From Terracidiphilus sp. (lineage in GTDB: Bacteria; Acidobacteriota; Terriglobia; Terriglobales; Acidobacteriaceae), in assembly GCA_036502905.1 (NCBI GenBank), contig DASXXV010000079.1, positions 9,507-73,506 of the forward strand: a DNA stretch of 64,000 nucleotides. Direction: 5' to 3'. The notes under the pieces were generated by a model. It ran no database searches. It was not told where the DNA came from and was given only the letters and a program-made list of their open reading frames with translations. Each line of letters opens with the position of its first letter. The first letter of the stretch is position 1. Made by a program: the position numbers and the translations under genes. Of the stretch, positions 58,772 to 64,000 are shown piece after piece.

Positions 58772-60646
58772 CTATTTCTGCTTCTCCACTTCATCCGCCT
58801 TGGCCCGCTCGGCAGCAGCCTCCTGGGTTCGCCCCTGGCGCTCATAAGCGATCGCAAGCTGGCGGTGCGGCTCGGCGAATGTAGCATCTGCGGCGATCGA
58901 GTCCTGGTATCGCGAAGCGGCTTCCGCGATCTGGCCGCGCAGCATGGACTGGTTCCCCGCATTCAACGAGAAATTCGCTCGCTGGCGGTTGACCGCCGCG
59001 CGGCTCAATTCTGCCCCTTGCCGCCGGTACTCGGCAGCTCGTGCGCGGAGATCTTTCACCTGGGCTCGTAATTGTGCGGCTTTCTGCGGGTCCCCCGCGG
59101 CATCGGACGCATCGGCCTGCGAGGAGAGGGTAGCCGCCTGTTCGGAGAGCACACCGGCCAGCGTGACCCGCGGCCCCGGCTGCCCCGTTTGCAGTGGAAT
59201 CGCCTTCTCCAGCGCCTCGGCCGCTTCGTCCAGCTTGCCATCCTGCTTGAGCGTGCTCCCCAGGATGGCCCAGGCGTTGCCGTTGTCGGGGCGCAGGGCA
59301 ACTGCCTTCCGCAATTCCACGACCGCTTCGTCCAGCTTGCCCATCAGCATGTAGGTGATGCCCAGAGTATAGGGCGGGTCTTCGAGGTTTGGGTCCATCT
59401 CGCCGGCGCGCTTCAACTCGGCAATCGCCTCATCCAGCCGATCCTTGAACTTGTACGCGAGGCCAAGATCATAGTGGACCTGCGGATCGTTGGGATCGAG
59501 CGCGAGCGCGGACTTGAAGTCGCCGATAGCCTCGTCGAATGCGGCTAACTGCACGTGCGCGACGCCCCGGTTTTTGAAAACGGCGGGATCCTCCGGGTTT
59601 TCGGCCTGCGCGCGCTGGAGATACTCCAGCGCTTCTTTCGCCTTCCCGGTGAGGATCAATGCCAAGGCCGAATTGGTCAACAAGCTTTCGTTGTGGGGGT
59701 CCGCCGCCAGCGCCTTATCGAACCAGGGGATCGCCTCCTGCTGCCGGCCAAGCCGCTGCAGGCTCATGGCCAGGTCGGCGGCGGCACCCGCCAGTCCCGG
59801 GTTCAGCTTGAGTGCCTGCTCGAACGCCGGTTCGGCGGATTCATCCCGCCCCGCGGCCGCAAGGGTGCGCCCGTATTCCAAAAATGCCTCCGGGCTGGGA
59901 GGCTCCGCGCGCGTGGCGGCTTCAAGCGCGTCGACGGACGCGGCGAGATCGTTCTGCTGCCGGTACAGAGCTCCGAGATGCACGCGGGCGCGAGTGTAGG
60001 AAGCATCGGCCGCGAGGGCCCTTTCGAACGACTGTCGAGCTTCCGCCCAGTTGCCCATCTGCGCCTGCACGGTCCCTATCGCGTCCTCGAGGTCAGCGCG
60101 CGGCCCAACGATTTTCTCTTCGGCAGCGAACCGCTCCAGCGCCTCAGCTCGTCTTCCGGTCGCGGCCAGCGCGCGCGCGTAGCTGTCGTAGAACGAGGCT
60201 TCCAACGCTGGATGACCGGGGTGAGCCGATAGGCGGGTTGCCGCCTCGAAGTGAGGAATGGCCTTCGCCGGCTGACCCGATTGCGCGAAGGCATACGCCA
60301 GGTTTGTCTCCATGCCCGGATCGTTTGGTTTCAAACGCGCGGCGGCTTCCAGCTCCGGGACGGCTTCCGCCGCCCTGCTCAACTCGAGCAGGACAACGCC
60401 CAGGGCTTCGCGGCCCTCCGCGATCTGCGGGGCGAGGCGCACCACCTCGGCAAACTGCGCACGCGCCTCTTCGAGCTGGCCGGCCTTTTGTGCGGCATAC
60501 CCGGCACGAAACACGGCGTCCGCCTTCTTGAGAGCGTCAGTATTGGCTGTCCTTGGTTGCTGTCCTGACAAGATGGATGCAACGAGCAACAGAGCGGCCA
60601 GCGGAATGACAGGCGCGGATGACATGGACAGGTTCCTCGGACGCAC
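58772..60646 (-). CDS. Secreted multi-TPR protein
   Basis: Signal peptide and many TPR repeats (e.g. VHYDLGLAYK, AWAILGSTL); start uncertain. Confidence 0.85.
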   Translation of the reverse strand: MRPRNLSMSSAPVIPLAALLLVASILSGQQPRTANTDALKKADAVFRAGYAAQKAGQLEEARAQFAEVVRLAPQIAEGREALGVVLLELSRAAEAVPELEAAARLKPNDPGMETNLAYAFAQSGQPAKAIPHFEAATRLSAHPGHPALEASFYDSYARALAATGRRAEALERFAAEEKIVGPRADLEDAIGTVQAQMGNWAEARQSFERALAADASYTRARVHLGALYRQQNDLAASVDALEAATRAEPPSPEAFLEYGRTLAAAGRDESAEPAFEQALKLNPGLAGAAADLAMSLQRLGRQQEAIPWFDKALAADPHNESLLTNSALALILTGKAKEALEYLQRAQAENPEDPAVFKNRGVAHVQLAAFDEAIGDFKSALALDPNDPQVHYDLGLAYKFKDRLDEAIAELKRAGEMDPNLEDPPYTLGITYMLMGKLDEAVVELRKAVALRPDNGNAWAILGSTLKQDGKLDEAAEALEKAIPLQTGQPGPRVTLAGVLSEQAATLSSQADASDAAGDPQKAAQLRAQVKDLRARAAEYRRQGAELSRAAVNRQRANFSLNAGNQSMLRGQIAEAASRYQDSIAADATFAEPHRQLAIAYERQGRTQEAAAERAKADEVEKQK

Positions 60647-60647
60647 T

Positions 60648-61688
60648 CTATTTCCCCGCCGGCTTGGGATCGCCCTGATGCTGGAGCTCGACCACCAATT
60701 TGAACTGGCGGTTGGCCTCCGCGACTTGACCGATCGCCTTGTATGCCTGGCCCAGCAGGTTGTGCGTGATGTAGTTGGAGGGATCCATCTTCTCCGCGCG
60801 ATCGAGATAATGCAGTGCCTGGATGGGCTGTTCCATCTTGAGAAACGTCTGTCCCAGCAGGATGTAAGGGCCGGTCGAATTGGGCTGTAGCAGTACAGCG
60901 CGATTGAGCGCCTGCTGAGCGTCGGGGTATTGCCCGTTGAGCAAGTAGGCGTCGCCCAAGCGGCTGTACGTTTCCCCGTCGAGAGGATTGATCTTGCGCT
61001 CGCTTTCGAGTTCGCGAATGGCTCCGGGAAGGTCGCCCCTGGCCAGCGCCGCCTCCCCCAGCAGCTCGTGGGCGAGTGGCAGGGACGGATTCAGCTCCAG
61101 CGCCTTGTTGGCCTGCACGGAGGCCTGGTCGCGCATCTCCCGGCGCAGAAAGAGGCGGCCGGCGAGCAGGTAAGCCTCCGCCGAATCAGGCGCAAAACCG
61201 TACTGGACTGCAAAGGCGCGGCGCGCGTCATCGTAGCGCGCTACATCGGCATAGCACAGGCCCAGCACGTACTCGGGATCGATATTCGCGCGCTCGACCG
61301 AGACGCGCGCTTTTTCGAGGAGCGGGATTGCCTCCGCGGAATGGCCGGTGCGGAACAGGCTGACGCCGTGCATCTCCGTCGACTCGCGGTCGTTGGGGTC
61401 CGCAGCCGCCGCCTTTGTGAATGCCTCGATCGCCTGCGCGAACTGCTCGCGCTGGTAGAAAATGATGCCGCGCAGCCGCTCCACGCCGGCGGGTTCCGGG
61501 TTTTCAGCAGCCAGCTGGTTCAGCATCGCCATGGCCTGGTCGAGACGGCCGCGGCCGGCAAGATCCTGCGCGGTTTCAAATGTGGGGGTTTGATTTGCTG
61601 CAGCGGGAGCGGGGGTCTTCGCTTCCTGCGCCGACCCGGAAATCGCCAAACAGATGAGAACCACTGCAATCAACCACACGCGTTGCAT
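60648..61688 (-). CDS. Secreted TPR protein
   Basis: Signal peptide and TPR repeats (AHELLGEA, TYSRLGDAY, THNLLGQAY). Confidence 0.85.
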   Translation of the reverse strand: MQRVWLIAVVLICLAISGSAQEAKTPAPAAANQTPTFETAQDLAGRGRLDQAMAMLNQLAAENPEPAGVERLRGIIFYQREQFAQAIEAFTKAAAADPNDRESTEMHGVSLFRTGHSAEAIPLLEKARVSVERANIDPEYVLGLCYADVARYDDARRAFAVQYGFAPDSAEAYLLAGRLFLRREMRDQASVQANKALELNPSLPLAHELLGEAALARGDLPGAIRELESERKINPLDGETYSRLGDAYLLNGQYPDAQQALNRAVLLQPNSTGPYILLGQTFLKMEQPIQALHYLDRAEKMDPSNYITHNLLGQAYKAIGQVAEANRQFKLVVELQHQGDPKPAGK

Positions 61689-61754
61689 ACAGGAAGACCT
61701 GTTTTCCAGTTTAGTGCTTCGGGGGTTCTTCCTTATCTTTCGCTGGACGAAACT

Positions 61755-61778
61755 GAGGGGGAGCCGAAGCTCCCCCTC
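61755..61778 (-). terminator. Hairpin (terminator or mRNA stabiliser) after the TonB-dependent transporter
   Basis: GAGGGGGAGC-CGAA-GCTCCCCCTC. Confidence 0.7.
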
Positions 61779-61797
61779 TGATGCGGTTCCCAGTGGT

Positions 61798-64000
61798 TTA
61801 GAACTGGAAGCGCAGATTGAACTCGAGCTGACGTGGCGCGCAATCGCTACCTACACCTGCCTGGCAACCCGGCGCGATGCCCGTGATTGTGCCGTCCGAC
61901 TCGATGTTTCCACCCGGGTTACCGGGGTTGATATGGTTGAACCCGTTGAACGCATCCATGCGGAACTTGATTGCATAGCTCTCGTGGATGGTGATGGTTT
62001 TGGCGATGGCCAGATCGGCATTAAAGAACGAAGGGCCGAAGTATGTATTACGGCCCACGTTGCCAACCGTGTCCGGTCCGGGATTTTTGAAGATTCCGGA
62101 GCCGGGATCGCTGATCAGGTTCGACGTCTGTTTGGTATACAAGGTCCTCTGGACCTTGCCGTTGGCCTGCGGCTTGGCGCCGGTCAGGTTGGTCTTCATT
62201 TTGGAGCTGCCGGTATAGCTCGGAAAAGTCGGAGCGCTGCCGGGCAGGTTGGTGCTTGCTTCGTTGTAGTTCAGCGTAAACGGCAAGCCGCCGGACCAGT
62301 TGAGGACACTGGAGAGCTGCCATCCGCCGATCAGGGCATTCGCAATCCCGTTCACGCCAGCCGCGTACTGCTTGCCGTGGCCGAACGGAAGCTCATAGGT
62401 GCCATACCAGGTCATCTGTTGCAGGCGCACCCAGCTGTCACGCCCATGGTTGATATGACGATTCCAGCTCGCGTACCCCGTGGCGTCGTTAAATGCGCTC
62501 GCCCACTGGTAATTCATGGTGTAGTCCAGGCCCTTCCACGTGTTCTGGGTCAGGGTGACCTGCAGGGCGTTGAAGTTGGTGTTCAAGTTGTCGCTGTAGT
62601 AGGTAATGTCGTTGGTCCAGCCGCACTGGCCAGGCGAAACACCGGTGGGCGTTTTGTAGTTGGCGTCGCGGCAAGCCGGCAGCGATGCGCCGTAATAGCG
62701 GCGGAGGAAGTTGTTGGTTTGCGTTCCGCCATTGGGCGCGATTGTCCCGGCGGGGACGCTGTGATCGTAATGCAGCGTTTGCCCGTTCACACTGAGCGAT
62801 GCAGGCAGAACGATCGCCGCTTCGTTCGGGTTGATGGTGTTGCCGCTGGCATCACCCAGCGTGTAGGTGCCCTTGTTGCCCACGTAGGCGAGGGTCAACG
62901 ACAGGGCGGGCGTCACAGAGCGCTGCCAGGCCAGGTTCCACGCGTCGATCTCGGGGAACTTCAGCGGGTTGGGACGAGCGCGGGAGTTGACCGTGGCTCC
63001 CGGATTCGGCAGCAGGCCGTTAGACGGAACCGTTACCGGGGTCGGCCCCGGGGGTCCGGCATCCAGGGTGAATGCGGAGGTATTGAAAGTGGCGTTGTTG
63101 ATGTTCTGGTTGGCCAGCACGGGCAGGTTCTGGGTGGCGCTGTGACCGAAGATCGATCCGAATACGCCGATATCGAAGCTGCGGCCATACCCGGCGCGAA
63201 TCACGGTCTTCTCGTTAAGTCCATACGTCAGTCCGATGCGGGGTGCGAACATGTGAGTCTTGTTGATATCCCAGCCCATGTTGGTGTCGATACCGCCCAC
63301 GCCGGCGACATGCAGGTAACCGTCATTCAGGTTCAGGAGAGCGCCGTTTTGTGCCGCATTCACCTTCTCCGGGAAGTACAACTCCCAGCGCAGACCGAGG
63401 TTCAAGGTCAGATTGTGGGTCGCTCGCCACGTATCCTGCCCGTAGAAGAAGGTTCGCTTCTGGAATTCCTTGGCGTTGGTGGAAGTGGAGACGTAGCGCT
63501 TGAAGGTCGTGACATCTCCCAGCAGCCATGTCGCAAATCCAAGTCCGCCTGCGCCTGCGGTGTTTTTCGGATTGGAGGTTTCGTCGGCATTGGCCGCCAG
63601 AATGCCCGTGCGGTTGTTATCCGACGGTACCCGGAGGTTGCGGGCATAACGCAGGTCGGTGCCAACTTTGATGGAGTGATTGCCGAAGATCTTGGTCCAG
63701 TTGTTCACGAACTGGAACTGGTCTTCCTTCTCGGTCAGCGGGCAGTTGCAGCGGTTGACGTTCAGGTCCGACCCGTAAACCGGCTGGGTGCTGCCGCCCG
63801 GCAGGGTGGAAAAGTCATAGCCCGGCGAACCACCGGTATAAAAGTCGCCCGTGTTCAACCCGGGGATACCGAGTTGAGTGGCCGATTGCTGGCTCTGATC
63901 GAACTTGGCGGTTTTGATGTTGTAGCGGTAATAGGCGAGACGGAAGTCGGTCAGCAGACTGGAGTTGAGCGCGATATCCATGCCCGATGCGAGGCTGTCG
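61798..64000 (-). CDS. TonB-dependent transporter, 5' part outside the window
   Basis: QDTWR…LNLGLRWE, FAPRIG, YVGNKG, RMDAFN..NH.N, C-terminal PRQLEFNLRFQF; frame open to the window edge. Confidence 0.92.
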   Translation of the reverse strand, partial: DSLASGMDIALNSSLLTDFRLAYYRYNIKTAKFDQSQQSATQLGIPGLNTGDFYTGGSPGYDFSTLPGGSTQPVYGSDLNVNRCNCPLTEKEDQFQFVNNWTKIFGNHSIKVGTDLRYARNLRVPSDNNRTGILAANADETSNPKNTAGAGGLGFATWLLGDVTTFKRYVSTSTNAKEFQKRTFFYGQDTWRATHNLTLNLGLRWELYFPEKVNAAQNGALLNLNDGYLHVAGVGGIDTNMGWDINKTHMFAPRIGLTYGLNEKTVIRAGYGRSFDIGVFGSIFGHSATQNLPVLANQNINNATFNTSAFTLDAGPPGPTPVTVPSNGLLPNPGATVNSRARPNPLKFPEIDAWNLAWQRSVTPALSLTLAYVGNKGTYTLGDASGNTINPNEAAIVLPASLSVNGQTLHYDHSVPAGTIAPNGGTQTNNFLRRYYGASLPACRDANYKTPTGVSPGQCGWTNDITYYSDNLNTNFNALQVTLTQNTWKGLDYTMNYQWASAFNDATGYASWNRHINHGRDSWVRLQQMTWYGTYELPFGHGKQYAAGVNGIANALIGGWQLSSVLNWSGGLPFTLNYNEASTNLPGSAPTFPSYTGSSKMKTNLTGAKPQANGKVQRTLYTKQTSNLISDPGSGIFKNPGPDTVGNVGRNTYFGPSFFNADLAIAKTITIHESYAIKFRMDAFNGFNHINPGNPGGNIESDGTITGIAPGCQAGVGSDCAPRQLEFNLRFQF

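Noticed and set aside
58772-61688. TPR proteins as a TssJ substitute or T6SS immunity proteins
   Set aside because: Opposite strand and co-oriented with the TonB-dependent transporter, a common arrangement; no positive link to the T6SS is visible, though not formally excluded.

Overview
GC-rich bacterial chromosomal segment, most consistent with an Acidobacteriota (Terriglobales/Acidobacteriaceae-like) genome. This is an inference from three carboxypeptidase-regulatory-domain TonB-dependent transporters, secreted TPR proteins and gene style. Left half (1-31.8 kb): Dpp/Opp-type ABC importer, GH-A-clan glycoside hydrolase and esterase, Tat-exported molybdopterin oxidoreductase coupled to a His-rich TPR protein, two TonB-dependent transporters, a degenerate PD-(D/E)XK protein, Pit transporter, housekeeping genes (scpB, rluB, accD, cobO, rlmH, rsfS, nadD), VKOR, a hydrolase and an ABC exporter. 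Right half (32.0-58.8 kb): a type VI secretion locus bounded on both sides, with atypical architecture. tssL-tssM are split off on the minus strand; I recognise no tssJ, PAAR, fha, phosphatase or effector/immunity genes; two tssK paralogues sit in tandem, followed by a soluble Ser/Thr kinase. Between the two halves lie a tail-anchored Pro-rich protein with nine Thr-centred motifs and an NPPF methyltransferase with a PqqD-like C-terminus. This variant T6SS, with a possible phospho-Thr scaffold module, is the best candidate for an undescribed system. The window ends with two TPR genes and a truncated third TonB-dependent transporter. No rRNA, tRNA, CRISPR array or transposase was seen. All calls come from motif recognition by eye; no database searches were run.
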